Shown here piece after piece: positions 1 to 10,424 of a stretch of 60,882 nucleotides of DNA. Below the pieces are notes generated by a model, which saw only the letters and a program-made list of their open reading frames with translations, did not search any database and was not told where the DNA came from. Every line of letters begins with the position of its first letter. Within the stretch, counting starts at the first letter, position 1. The stretch lies in the IMG/VR virus record IMGVR_UViG_3300013306_000014. One strand, 5' to 3'. The stretch comes from an uncultured virus (IMG/VR IMGVR_UViG_3300013306_000014). Its lineage: Duplodnaviria > Heunggongvirae > Uroviricota > Caudoviricetes. The translations under genes were made by a program, and so were the position numbers.

Positions 1-39
1 TTGTATGAACGATTGCCTCCCTTATAGAGAGACGGATTT

Positions 40-3000
40 ATGGCCAAGAAAGACGAATTCGATTTAGGGAAGGACGACTTAGACGACTTGAACTTCGATG
101 ATCTCAACTTCGACGATATGGATTTCGGCGAAGACTCGATGAAAGACAGTCGCAAACCTGTCGAGCATTTCAAAGACACGTTTAAGACCAACGTTAAATC
201 GAAGTTAACCGATCCCGGCTTCATTAAGCGGATGATCAAGAAAGTCGTCGGTAAAGGCTACGTCCAAGCCTTTGATGCATACGATGCATTAGACTCGACG
301 ATTGCCGACATCATGAAGGATAACGCTTCCGAGCTGAGTCCTTACCTGATCAAATCAAAACAAAAGATGGACCGGATGAATCCTACTCTTCGGAGAATGA
401 TTCCTGGGTCCATCCGCGACGCTGTTGATAGCGCAGAAGAACCGTATCGCCACGACGAAGGTCCTGATGAACTCACTCAGAACATCGACGGCATTGATAA
501 GCTTCTTGGTTTCCAAGCCAAGCAGCAGATGCAAGGCGATTACCGCGAAGCTGTAAAAGACGTTCGCGAGAAGAAACGCTTCACTGCGGAGATGAAAGTC
601 TCCACAGCCACGGCTAAAGGTATCGGTCGACTGGTTGGCTATCAGGACACTGTTCTGGTTAACTACCATCGGAAGAGTATCGAGATTGGCTATCGTCAAC
701 TCGACGTCGGTATCCGTACCTTAAAACTTCACCAACAGCACTATCACACGAGTGAGATGTTGCTGAAGGACATCCTCAAGAACACTGGCTTGCCAGACTT
801 CCTGAAGATGAAGACGACTGAGATCGTCGAGCAACAATTGAAACAACGTCTTGCTGGCGCTGCCATGCAGGGTGTTGCTGGATCTGCGAAGAAGTTCTTC
901 GGCGGGATCAAACAGAATGCCTCCGACATGCTCGGTCAAGGTCTTCAGTTTAACCAGTCGTTGAATGAAGGTTCCGAGATGGGCGTTAACCGCGCTCAGA
1001 TGGCGGGTAGCATCCTCGGTTCTCTTGCAGCAGACTGGGTAGGCGACAAGGCTGAAGACGCCGGTAACTGGGCAGCGAAGAAGATCAAGCCTAAGTTGGG
1101 CAAGATGGCTGGCGTGCAGAAAGGCGACAACATGTTGCGCCAACTGTTCGGCGGGATCTTCCAGCGGGTTAACGACTACGCTAAGTCTGACACGGATTAC
1201 GATAACAAGTACTGGGCACTTCATGAGGGCGCTAAAGGCCTGATCGATACGCACCAGACTGCTCGTACCGTGAATGGCAACGGGATCATGGATCTCGATA
1301 AGCCTGCGCAGTTCGATAACATCTTCCACAAGTCGGTAGTGGAGATCATCCCTGCTCACTTGGCTTCCATCGATCGCTGGGTTAAAACCATGGCGACTGG
1401 TCAGGATCAGGAAGAGACCGCGTTCAGTCATTACACCGGCAGTTTGGTTTCACGTTCTACGCTCAAGAGCCAACACCTCAAGCTCACACTTAAAGGAAAC
1501 CTGCCGAACGTACGTGGCATGGTGGATGAGATCCTTGGTGAGATGGGCGCAGGCGAACTCTCCGGTGATGCGCGTCGTGCGCTGCGCTTGCAGTTGACCA
1601 CTGACCTTCAAGAAGGCATGGACTTCAAGGCTGAGCGTTACGTCGAGAAGAATACGTGGGATAAGACAGATCCATCCGTCGCGAACGAAATCATGGACTT
1701 CTTCCACGACAAGTTCAAACTGGATAAGGAAACCAAGCAACACATCGGTGACCAGGATAACCTGTCGTTCCACAACGACGTGCGTGACAAGTTCATCGAC
1801 GTATCAAACAACCTGCCTGACTTCGGTAAGGCAATGGGCGAGCTTACATCTGCCACTGGTCGTCGTACTTGGCGTGAACTTGGGCTGACCCGATACAACG
1901 GTAACCAATCTGACTCGATCCAGATGAAGGAGCTCTACCAAGCGCTGTTGGCTGGTGATGAGACTGACATCGTTAAGAAAGAGGACAAGAAGGAAACCGC
2001 TAAGGAGAAGCTGCAACGTCTGAAGGCTGAGGAAGAGAAGCGTCAGATTCGTGAACGAGGGTCTGTTGACCTTGAAGACGATGACGATCTTCGCGCTTAT
2101 GACGATGGTGATGGTAAACCTAAAGGTCCTCGCCCGCCACGTAAGACCAGCAGCTCGAACCGCCCGAAGAAGAATCGCCCTGACCTCGCTCCTCCGCTTC
2201 CAGCGCAGGTTCAAGCCAACGTAGTAATGCCGGAGTCCATCAAGGCAATTGTTGAGTTCCCAGAACTCTTCAAAGCTTCCGACGAAGAGACGCACAAACG
2301 CCTCGACGCACTGGTAGCTGCTGCTGGCGCTGCTAATGGCTTCCTCGATTACTTGGCGCACAAAGCGTCCGGGTCGATGGGCGACGATACTGAAGCCCCT
2401 GGCGACGGCGGTACTGGTCCTTCCGGCGGCCCACAGAAGAAACGGTGGAGAGACTATTCCATCGGTAACGCTGCGGGTCATGGCTTGAAGGCTGGTAAGG
2501 TTGCCGGTAAAGGTATCCTCGGTTACATCAAGGGTACTTACGGTGCGATGTGGAAGGTCGGTAAGTTCGGCGCTAAGACTGGCTTCGCAGCCGCTAAGCT
2601 TCCGTTCACCAGCATCAATGGGTTGGGCGTTTCCGACGTTCACGTCATGGGTGATGAAGAACCATCGCTGCTGGCTAAAGGCATTAAGAAAGGTTGGTAC
2701 TTCGACGTCAATTCGAATAAGACCATCATGTCCATCAAGGACATTACCGGTGCGGTGAAAGATCGTGAAGGTAACGTAGTCCTTACCCAAGAAGAGTTCG
2801 AGAAAGGACTCTACAACGGTAAAGGTCAGTCGCTTGCTGGGATGGGTTTGAAGTTCGGTATGAAGGCTGGTGGTATCGCGGCTAAGTTGGGCGCTGCGTA
2901 CATCGGCGGGACGTACGGTTTGATGTGGAAAGGTATCAAGATGGCGTCTAACTTCGCTGTCAACCAATTCACTCAGTTTGATGCCTACTTCCCAGGCGAC

Positions 3001-6000
3001 ACCGAACCTCGTATTCGCTCGAACCTCATGAAGAAGGGTAAGTACCGTAACGCTGACGGTTCCCCAATCATGTCCCTTAAGGAAATCAAAGGCCCAGTCT
3101 TTGAGATGTCCGAGAAGGGTGAGATGAACGAAATCGTTTCTCAGGAAGAGATCGATAAGTACAAGTCGTTCTATACTCGTAATGGTTCGCTACTGTTCAC
3201 CATCGGCAAAGGTTTTGCTCAAGTCGGTGTTAAAGCTGCGCAGCTCGCAGCTAAGGCTGCGTTGGCGTACGGTAAGTTTGCTATCAAGATGTACAAAGGC
3301 ATTGCCAAAGGAGTTGGTAAGGTCGTTGGTGGCGCTTACAAGTTTGTCGCTGGGCGGTTCGGTAAGAACGGTGGTATCGGGATGCTCGATGAGGAGATGG
3401 CTGCTGCCTCTATCGAGATTGGCGTTGAGCAACTGAAAGTCCAAGGTCAGATCTTCAATCTCTTGAGGAAGAAACTCGACCCCGAAGGTGTTCACGGGGA
3501 TACTGATGGTGACGGCATGCGGGATAACTCCTGGGCTGACATCCTGAAGAAGAGAAAGGAGAAGAAAGAAGGTAAGGGTGGTAAGGATGCTGGTAGCGAA
3601 GCTATCGTAGACGCCATCAAGACCATGAACAAGGATCTTGACAAGAAACTGGATAACCTCGCTGAGGTGACTGAAGAAGCCGGTGAATCCAGCTTGCTGG
3701 AAGACGCAGCAGATCTTTCGGATCTGGGTGGTGACGGTCACGATAAGAAAGGGAAGAAGGGTCGACCTAAGAAAGGATTCAGGTCTGGTCGAGGAATCCG
3801 TGGGAAGATCGGTAACGGCGTTAGCAAAATTGGTCGCGGACTGAAGAAGATCCCTGGGGCTAAAACGCTTGGTCGTGGCGCAAGCATGCTGGGACGTGGG
3901 GCTGGTTGGTTGGGTCGTGGTGCCCTGATGGCTGCTGAACTCGTTCCGGGTATGGCTGGCATTGGTTCCATGGCGGCCACTGCTGGTAGTGCATTGATGA
4001 CTGGTGCATCCGTTGCTGGTGGTGCTCTCCTGACTGGCGCTTCTGCCGTCGGTAGTGCGGCTATGGCTGCTGGTAGCGCGGTAGTCGGTGTTCTGGGTGC
4101 TCCGCTGATCCTTGGTGCGATTGCGGTGGGTGGTATCGCTTATCTCGGGTATCGCTACTACAAATCGAATCAGGCGAAGAAGTTCCCTCTGCTCTATCTT
4201 CGGATGACGCAGTACGGGGTAGCTCCTACCAACGAGGATCGAGTGAAACAGGTACTTGCTCTTGAGAGCCTGTGTAAGGGCGCTGTAACTGTCACTCGTG
4301 ATGGTAAAGCTTCGATGGACCCGAAGTCTATTGATGCCGCGGCATTCCTGAAACTCTTTCCAACCAATGGACCAGAAGAACAGCACAACCTACTGGCTTG
4401 GATCGCTACTCGCTTCCGTCCAGTGTTCCTGGCTCACTGTACTGCCATGCAGTCTATCCGTGGTACTACGGATCTGGTGAGTGCCGATGAAGGTATCGGT
4501 AACGGTGACCTGTCTGCTTTCCTTCAGATTGTCGACCTTGCTAACATGCAGAAGGTTTACGACGATACTGATACTTCTCCATTCGATAGCGATCTTGATT
4601 GCGATGCGGATGACGTTGAAGATGCGATCAAGATGGTTCGTGATCGTAAGGAAGCCAAGGCTGAGAATAAAGCCGCTGCCGTAGCAGGTGGTATCGCTAC
4701 AGGTAACATGGCTCAAGTTGCTAAGAACACCACGTTGGGCGTGGCTGCTAATGGTCAGGCTCCAAACGACATCGCTAAGGGGTTGACTATCGCTCCTGGT
4801 GTTGTAGGTGGTTTCGGTGCAGCTGCTCAGGTGGGTAACCGCGTTGCCAGCGCTGCGAAGAAGAACCTCGATATCCCGACAGCTGTGCGTTTCAAGACGT
4901 ACGGCCTGAAAGAGATGTCGCTGGATAAAGCTCAGCAGCTCCAAGCTGTGGAAGACATCTACTGGGAAGCAGTGCAGTATTCGGGCACTGACAAAGCGAT
5001 GATTGGCGGTAATCAAGAAGAGCTGGCCCAAAAGGTCATGGTTGTCTTCAAGCCTGCTGATGGTCAAGCCCACGAAGATGCTACGCGCTGGTTGAACTAC
5101 CGTTTCATTCCAACCTTCCTCCAATACTGCATCTCGTCCCGTCGTCGTTTCAATGGCGCTGCGAAAGATGCATCCCGTAACCTTACGGGTGTGTTGATGA
5201 AGGAGGTTCTGCAAGAGACCATCCAGACTACTACAGCCACCATGATGTCTTCGGTGAGTGTGTGGTCCATTACCAACAGTCCTTGGGTTGGATATGAGTT
5301 GGAAACTCTTCCTGGGTCGGTGACGTTGTATCTTGACGGCATTGACACCGGCGATAAGAGCAAGGTCCTTAACGTAGACGGGATGGAAACTCAGAAGCGT
5401 ACAGCAGGTCAGGACTACGGCACTAAGCTGAGCAACATTGCCATGGGTAACACCTCGGCAAACGGCAACCGCGGAAACGTGGGTGTGACCGGTCCTACTC
5501 TGGCGAACATGGGTAAGGTGTTCAGTGGACAACAAGTCGCTGGTGGTGTAGCGGGTCAAGCTCCTGGTGGTCAAGGTACTGGCGCTTTGCTGATGTCTGG
5601 CAAGTACGGTGCTGAGGTCGTGCATCCCGGTGGTGGTACTGGCGGGGATATCAACAAGATCCCTCAAGGCACCGGGAAAGGTTGGGGTGCGATGGGTCCG
5701 ATCATTACAGCTGCGGCTGAGATGGTTGGCTTCGATCCTAAGATCGCTGCGGCTGTAGCTGGTGTTGAGTCCGGGTTCGATCCGAATGCGTCTAGCGGTA
5801 TTGCACACGGGTTGTACCAGTTCGTTAAAGGTACTTGGAGCGACATGATGACCAAGTACGGCGCGACTTACGGGATCGCTCCCAACACGCCGATCACAGA
5901 TCCTCGGGCTAACGCCATCTTGGGTATGTGCTACCTGAAAGAGAACTACAACGGTCTCAGCAAAACGCTTGGCGGTAAAGTAACCGACGTCGATCTGTAC

Positions 6001-6822
6001 GCAGCTCACTTCTTGGGTCTTGGCGGGGCACGTAAGTTCCTCTCCGCTCCTCGTGACGGTTCTGCTGATCTGTACGCCAGTGAAGCGGCCATCAAGAACA
6101 ACGCTTCCGTATTCCGTGATAAAGGCGGGCGGATGCGTACAGTTGGTGAGGTGATCTCTGAACTGGATCGCCGTGTAGACATCGGTCGTAAGAAAGCCGG
6201 GCAGTCGTCTACATCCACTACCTCTGGTATCGCTAAAGACGTTGGTGCGGCTGACATGAACGCCACTGCATCGGCTGCGGCCGGTGGTACAGGTGGTGGT
6301 GCTGATGCTTCTGGTGGAGATGATCCTAAAGAAGCGGATGGTCCTACTACGGTAGGTGGTGCGATTGAAGCTTCGGGCGGTCTTACCGCAAGCGCTAACG
6401 CAGCAGCAGCAGCATCTTCCTCGGCAGCTGGTAGTGGCGCGGCTCCTAGCGCTATTGCTACTGGCAGTACGTCGGCAGCAGCTATCGCTGAGATCAAAGG
6501 TGGTAATGGTGCAGGTACAGGTTCTCCTACTGTAGCCCCTCCATCCCCGATGATCCCTCAACCGTCTGCTTCGGCAGCAGCGGCCACTGCGTCGCAACAA
6601 TCTGCAATGAAGACGCAGGAAGCAGCTAACGTTGACCTCAGTGGCGTGATGCAGAAACTGCTGGAAGTCAACCAGGACTCTAACACCACACTTCACGGTA
6701 TCTTGGCTAAATTGGATAACCTTGGTGGTGGGACTCCTCAAGCTGGCGCTCCGACTCCACCGAAACAAGAACCAGCGCGCCGGACTCCTCTGGACAACAC
6801 GCGTGCTAACGCTGTGACGTAA
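40..6822 (+). CDS. Giant tail-associated protein with C-terminal lytic transglycosylase (SLT) domain, phiKZ gp181-like
   Basis: 2260 aa; long helical and Gly/Ala/Lys-rich tape-measure-like body; SLT motifs near the C-terminus (AAVAGVESGFDPNA, GLYQFVKGTW, LYAAHFLG); size matches phiKZ gp181. Confidence 0.9.
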   Translation: MAKKDEFDLGKDDLDDLNFDDLNFDDMDFGEDSMKDSRKPVEHFKDTFKTNVKSKLTDPGFIKRMIKKVVGKGYVQAFDAYDALDSTIADIMKDNASELSPYLIKSKQKMDRMNPTLRRMIPGSIRDAVDSAEEPYRHDEGPDELTQNIDGIDKLLGFQAKQQMQGDYREAVKDVREKKRFTAEMKVSTATAKGIGRLVGYQDTVLVNYHRKSIEIGYRQLDVGIRTLKLHQQHYHTSEMLLKDILKNTGLPDFLKMKTTEIVEQQLKQRLAGAAMQGVAGSAKKFFGGIKQNASDMLGQGLQFNQSLNEGSEMGVNRAQMAGSILGSLAADWVGDKAEDAGNWAAKKIKPKLGKMAGVQKGDNMLRQLFGGIFQRVNDYAKSDTDYDNKYWALHEGAKGLIDTHQTARTVNGNGIMDLDKPAQFDNIFHKSVVEIIPAHLASIDRWVKTMATGQDQEETAFSHYTGSLVSRSTLKSQHLKLTLKGNLPNVRGMVDEILGEMGAGELSGDARRALRLQLTTDLQEGMDFKAERYVEKNTWDKTDPSVANEIMDFFHDKFKLDKETKQHIGDQDNLSFHNDVRDKFIDVSNNLPDFGKAMGELTSATGRRTWRELGLTRYNGNQSDSIQMKELYQALLAGDETDIVKKEDKKETAKEKLQRLKAEEEKRQIRERGSVDLEDDDDLRAYDDGDGKPKGPRPPRKTSSSNRPKKNRPDLAPPLPAQVQANVVMPESIKAIVEFPELFKASDEETHKRLDALVAAAGAANGFLDYLAHKASGSMGDDTEAPGDGGTGPSGGPQKKRWRDYSIGNAAGHGLKAGKVAGKGILGYIKGTYGAMWKVGKFGAKTGFAAAKLPFTSINGLGVSDVHVMGDEEPSLLAKGIKKGWYFDVNSNKTIMSIKDITGAVKDREGNVVLTQEEFEKGLYNGKGQSLAGMGLKFGMKAGGIAAKLGAAYIGGTYGLMWKGIKMASNFAVNQFTQFDAYFPGDTEPRIRSNLMKKGKYRNADGSPIMSLKEIKGPVFEMSEKGEMNEIVSQEEIDKYKSFYTRNGSLLFTIGKGFAQVGVKAAQLAAKAALAYGKFAIKMYKGIAKGVGKVVGGAYKFVAGRFGKNGGIGMLDEEMAAASIEIGVEQLKVQGQIFNLLRKKLDPEGVHGDTDGDGMRDNSWADILKKRKEKKEGKGGKDAGSEAIVDAIKTMNKDLDKKLDNLAEVTEEAGESSLLEDAADLSDLGGDGHDKKGKKGRPKKGFRSGRGIRGKIGNGVSKIGRGLKKIPGAKTLGRGASMLGRGAGWLGRGALMAAELVPGMAGIGSMAATAGSALMTGASVAGGALLTGASAVGSAAMAAGSAVVGVLGAPLILGAIAVGGIAYLGYRYYKSNQAKKFPLLYLRMTQYGVAPTNEDRVKQVLALESLCKGAVTVTRDGKASMDPKSIDAAAFLKLFPTNGPEEQHNLLAWIATRFRPVFLAHCTAMQSIRGTTDLVSADEGIGNGDLSAFLQIVDLANMQKVYDDTDTSPFDSDLDCDADDVEDAIKMVRDRKEAKAENKAAAVAGGIATGNMAQVAKNTTLGVAANGQAPNDIAKGLTIAPGVVGGFGAAAQVGNRVASAAKKNLDIPTAVRFKTYGLKEMSLDKAQQLQAVEDIYWEAVQYSGTDKAMIGGNQEELAQKVMVVFKPADGQAHEDATRWLNYRFIPTFLQYCISSRRRFNGAAKDASRNLTGVLMKEVLQETIQTTTATMMSSVSVWSITNSPWVGYELETLPGSVTLYLDGIDTGDKSKVLNVDGMETQKRTAGQDYGTKLSNIAMGNTSANGNRGNVGVTGPTLANMGKVFSGQQVAGGVAGQAPGGQGTGALLMSGKYGAEVVHPGGGTGGDINKIPQGTGKGWGAMGPIITAAAEMVGFDPKIAAAVAGVESGFDPNASSGIAHGLYQFVKGTWSDMMTKYGATYGIAPNTPITDPRANAILGMCYLKENYNGLSKTLGGKVTDVDLYAAHFLGLGGARKFLSAPRDGSADLYASEAAIKNNASVFRDKGGRMRTVGEVISELDRRVDIGRKKAGQSSTSTTSGIAKDVGAADMNATASAAAGGTGGGADASGGDDPKEADGPTTVGGAIEASGGLTASANAAAAASSSAAGSGAAPSAIATGSTSAAAIAEIKGGNGAGTGSPTVAPPSPMIPQPSASAAAATASQQSAMKTQEAANVDLSGVMQKLLEVNQDSNTTLHGILAKLDNLGGGTPQAGAPTPPKQEPARRTPLDNTRANAVT

Positions 6823-6827
6823 CAATA

Positions 6828-6857
6828 CCGGGTGGGGAAACTCACCCGGCTTCTTTC
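6828..6857 (+). terminator. Stem-loop after the gp181-like gene (weak terminator or processing site)
   Basis: CCGGGTGGG-GAAA-CTCACCCGG followed by CTTCTTT. Confidence 0.55.
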
Positions 6858-6873
6858 CCAACAGGATGTATCT

Positions 6874-8820
6874 ATGGCTCGGAAATATATCCTCGATAAA
6901 TCGTGGGCGGGTAATGCGTTCTTGGCTCCTGCCAGCGCGTTGTCCGATGCCACGAACAACACCAGACGTTACTACACCACTTCTTCTCGCAAGTTCATCG
7001 ACACCTCGATGGGAGGACATTTCCAAGTAAACCCTCTGCCTCAATTTACGGGCAACTGTGACTTGAAGCACAAATCCCTATACTCCAAGTCTTACGGCGT
7101 AGGTCGTTGGTGGAGTGAGGTGCTTGACGATAACTCTCAGCAGATCCACATTCGGGCAGGTGTTCCGAAGTTCAACTCGATGACGAACTTCTTCGGTAAC
7201 TTCTACAACGTGTACGCAGGCTCGATGGCCCGTACAGGTCGTGCTCCGTCTGTGTGGTTTAAAGCGGGTGAGGTTGCAGGCTTCATTGGTACGATCCCTT
7301 TCCAGCCGTTTATTCTTGCTGGGCAGATGGTCGACTTCTTTGCCGGTATGCCGCGTTCGAAGTATTACTATCTGAAACCAACCATGTACCCGTACTGGTG
7401 GGCGGTAAGTAGTTTCGTGAACGGCATGTTCGTTAACTTGGGTTTGTCTCCTCACTTCGTTAACGACGAACAGAAACGGTTCTTCGATCCGCTGGCTGTT
7501 CCGGATAAGGCTGACTCCGATTCGATGCACCGCATCATGCCTGACATTGTAATGTCGGCTGGTGGTATCGATGTATTTGCGTTCTCTACCAAAGCACAGC
7601 GTCTGGCTAACCAGTATCGTGCGATGATGGACAACGCCATGTCCGGTCTGACTGCTGACCCTGCACAACGGGCTGAGCAGTTCAACAAGATGATGGGTCA
7701 AGCCATCGAGACAGGTACGATTCAACTCAGTGACCCAGGGTTCTCTCTGGCTGAGTACGAAGAAGCGTACATGGCGTTCGGTGGTGAGTATGATGCAAGC
7801 AAACCACCGAAGACAGACGAGGACTCCAGTGAAGAAAGCTAAGTCACTAAAATGGCGAAGCAGGCGAAAGCTGAAGCACGGATGGGCGCTGACTTTGTAA
7901 CGTTCCGTGTGAACAACACTGGCACTAACTCCGATAGCTTCAACAACGCCATCACTGAACCGTCCATCAAGACCGAAATCAACGCGATGTCTTCCAAGGC
8001 TCGTATGGCGCGATTCAACATCGCTGACGGTAACATCGCTGGACCTATCGGTGCAGTCATGGATATCGTCGGAGACGTCGCCAAGGGTATCTTGAACGCC
8101 GCTCAGGTAGAAGGGTTCATCGCTCTGGCCGGTAACGCCTTCGCTGACATTCAAAAGGTGTATGAAACGTCCTCGGCTGACATCGGCCGTACTACGTTCA
8201 CCATTCACCTGAGATCGTGGGCAGCAGATGACTGGGTTCGTTTGCAGAACCTGTTCATTCCGTTGGGCGCTATCTTGGCGCTGGGTCTTCCTCGTGCAAC
8301 CGGGCGTGCTTCGTATGACGGTCCGTTCCTGCTGGAAGTCTACAACCAAGGTCGTACGATCATCCGTGAAGGTCTGATCTCCTCGATCAGTATCGAACGT
8401 GGTGTGGGTGACGTTGGTTACGCTAAGGGCGGTAAGGTTCTTGGTATTGACGTTAACGTTACTATCGATGACCTGTCCAACGTACTGTCGGTTCCTATCA
8501 ACCCGAACGTGAGTGGCGTCACTGGTGCTATCAGTGCCGTGGCTAGCGCATTGGGTGGATCGGCTGGTGAAGCTACTGCGGCTGCACTGACCAAAGCAAC
8601 CTACGGTGAAGATAACAAGTGGACCGACTTCATGGCGGTGATGGCGTCCATTCCTTTGGACGTACAGATCAACGGTACTCGGAAGTGGCAACTCAACATG
8701 GCGCGTAGCCGTGCGGAAGCTGCTCAATGGCGTTCTCCTTATCGCATGGCATCTGGACTCATGTCTGGCTTGTCAGGGGATCTCATCAAAGCGCTGTCCA
8801 ATCCGACGGATCGTTCGTAA
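6874..8820 (+). CDS. phiKZ gp182-like tail/baseplate protein, interrupted by one in-frame TAA at 7840-7842 (appears as ORFs 6874-7842 and 7852-8820)
   Basis: Both ORFs are in the same frame, joined by TAA GTC ACT AAA ATG; joined length ~648 codons; lies directly after the gp181-like gene; AGGA RBS before ATG 6874, no clear RBS before 7852. Confidence 0.75.
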
Positions 8821-8824
8821 ACAG

Positions 8825-8855
8825 CATAGAGGCCGGGGGAAACCCCGGCCTTATG
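8825..8855. terminator. Bidirectional stem-loop between convergent genes
   Basis: CATAGA-GGCCGGGG-GAAA-CCCCGGCC-TTATG. Confidence 0.8.
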
Positions 8856-9896
8856 TCACTTGATGCCCGGCATGTAAGCATTCGGGTAGAGTGTCTTCAC
8901 GACTGTACCGACGTTAGCGGTAGCCTTACCGGTCGCTGCCAACGAGAGAGTACGCAGTGGAGGAGACATGCAGAACAGGGTTTTCGAGGAAGCGCTTTGC
9001 TTCAGGAAAGGACCCAAGTTCGGAATGTATTCTGCGCCACGAAGTTTCTTATCCCAGTTAGCATTGATGCGAAGCAACGTGTTGAGAAGCTTCGTACGTT
9101 GAGCTGGATAATCGGCAACGGTGTAAGTCGGATCGAAGTTATAACCTGCGATAATGGAAGCCACCGCATCCGGGTTGTATTCGAGGAACTTGGTGATCCC
9201 GATGTTATCGATAACCTTATTGATCATGTCGAGGTTAGAGCCACCAACGCCAGAACCAAGAGGTCCATTAACAGCAGCCACCGACATGTAAGCGAAGGCA
9301 TTCTGCCTGACTTGCTCGGTGCGACCCATCTCGATAGCTTCGTCGACAAGATCATCCAGACCGAAGTCCATCAGGTTCTTGGCGATACCACCGATGATTG
9401 CACTCTCGGCTTCGATGTTGATGAACTGAGTCAGCTCACTATCGCCAGCCATCGCATTCACGAACTTCAAGAGATCGTGGGTGCTATCGATGTCAGCAGC
9501 GCCAATGAGCATACCGGCGTTCTTGTAGAGTACCTCGATACTCTTCTCAGCACCTGGACCGATCAGCGATCCAGCAGCATCACCCAAGACGTTCTTGAGA
9601 GAACCACCGAGTGTGCCGAGCAGACTTGGTAGACTTGAACCCATTGCCCCGAGAGCGGAGTTAAGCATACTGATCTTGTCAACGTTCCCGCCTTTGGATT
9701 GTTTAACCAAACCTGCGAGAGTCGTGATAGAACTCTTGTTAGCAAACAGACCGTCGACTGCACCGCTGTAGATCCCCTTAACGGAATCGTACATGCTGTT
9801 GCGAGTCTCGTTCTTTGAGATCTTGTACGCGTCGGAAACAACCATCGCGTCACGGGAGTTGCCTTGGAAAATCGTGTTAGCTAATGAAGCGGCCAT
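8856..9896 (-). CDS. Conserved jumbo-phage protein, probably virion structural (346 aa)
   Basis: Long ORF; AGGATG RBS before ATG 9896; TATG on the minus strand ~30 nt upstream (possible late promoter core). Confidence 0.6.
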   Translation of the reverse strand: MAASLANTIFQGNSRDAMVVSDAYKISKNETRNSMYDSVKGIYSGAVDGLFANKSSITTLAGLVKQSKGGNVDKISMLNSALGAMGSSLPSLLGTLGGSLKNVLGDAAGSLIGPGAEKSIEVLYKNAGMLIGAADIDSTHDLLKFVNAMAGDSELTQFINIEAESAIIGGIAKNLMDFGLDDLVDEAIEMGRTEQVRQNAFAYMSVAAVNGPLGSGVGGSNLDMINKVIDNIGITKFLEYNPDAVASIIAGYNFDPTYTVADYPAQRTKLLNTLLRINANWDKKLRGAEYIPNLGPFLKQSASSKTLFCMSPPLRTLSLAATGKATANVGTVVKTLYPNAYMPGIK

Positions 9897-9929
9897 GGTC
9901 ATCATCCTGAGTGTAACTGTCACACCATA

Positions 9930-9976
9930 GACAAAAAAAAGAAGTGGGGATAATGGGAGACCGAAGTCTCCCATTA
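9930..9976 (-). terminator. Intrinsic terminator with UUCG loop and CTTCTTTTTTTTGTC tail
   Basis: Stem TAATGGGAGAC/GTCTCCCATTA, C(UUCG)G loop on the minus strand, then an 8-T run. Confidence 0.85.
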
Positions 9977-9977
9977 T

Positions 9978-10424
9978 TTAACGCATCTCTGCGCGTATCT
10001 CTTCAAGCAACTGGCAGAAAGCTTTAGAGCTCTTTGGCACCACCACGTTCGTCGGGTACACGTAGTAATGTTCGAAAGGCAAGATGGATTCCTCCATCAA
10101 TTCTTTCAACTCAGGATGTTGATCAATCTTGCATCGAATGCCAATCTTGATCTCTTCCATGAAGTTAGGGAACCAGACCGTCTTCAACGTGCCTCCAAAA
10201 CGACGTGCCTCATAGCCGTTCATGGAGCGAAGGTCTTCGTGAATCATCCCCGTCTTCAGATAGAAGTGTAAACCTTCCATCGTACGAAAGCGACCGTACG
10301 TAGGATGGGTTACTGCAACGTCCGCTGGGTTAGTCAGGAGACGCCCTAACCGTGTCTTGGCTTTCGTCCAGACGTTGATGTGATCTTCACCATCCAGCAT
10401 GGGATCGAGAACTTTAGTCTTCAT
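9978..10424 (-). CDS. NADAR-like (YbiA / T4 gp30.3-like) protein
   Basis: Motifs LGRLLTN..., GRFRTMEGLHFYLK and KIDQHPELKELMEES.LPFEH resemble NADAR family motifs; GAGG RBS before ATG 10424. Confidence 0.6.
   Translation of the reverse strand: MKTKVLDPMLDGEDHINVWTKAKTRLGRLLTNPADVAVTHPTYGRFRTMEGLHFYLKTGMIHEDLRSMNGYEARRFGGTLKTVWFPNFMEEIKIGIRCKIDQHPELKELMEESILPFEHYYVYPTNVVVPKSSKAFCQLLEEIRAEMR

Noticed and set aside
7840..7842. Alternative genetic code (stop reassignment) as the cause of the internal stop
   Set aside because: TAA, TGA and TAG all terminate clear genes in this window, and no other gene is fragmented.
4390..8727. Long minus-strand ORFs (893 aa, 549 aa) opposite the gp181/gp182-like genes
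   Set aside because: Antisense shadows with Ser/Thr/Arg-rich non-protein-like composition; the same applies to those opposite 19573-20904, the portal and the gp128-like gene.
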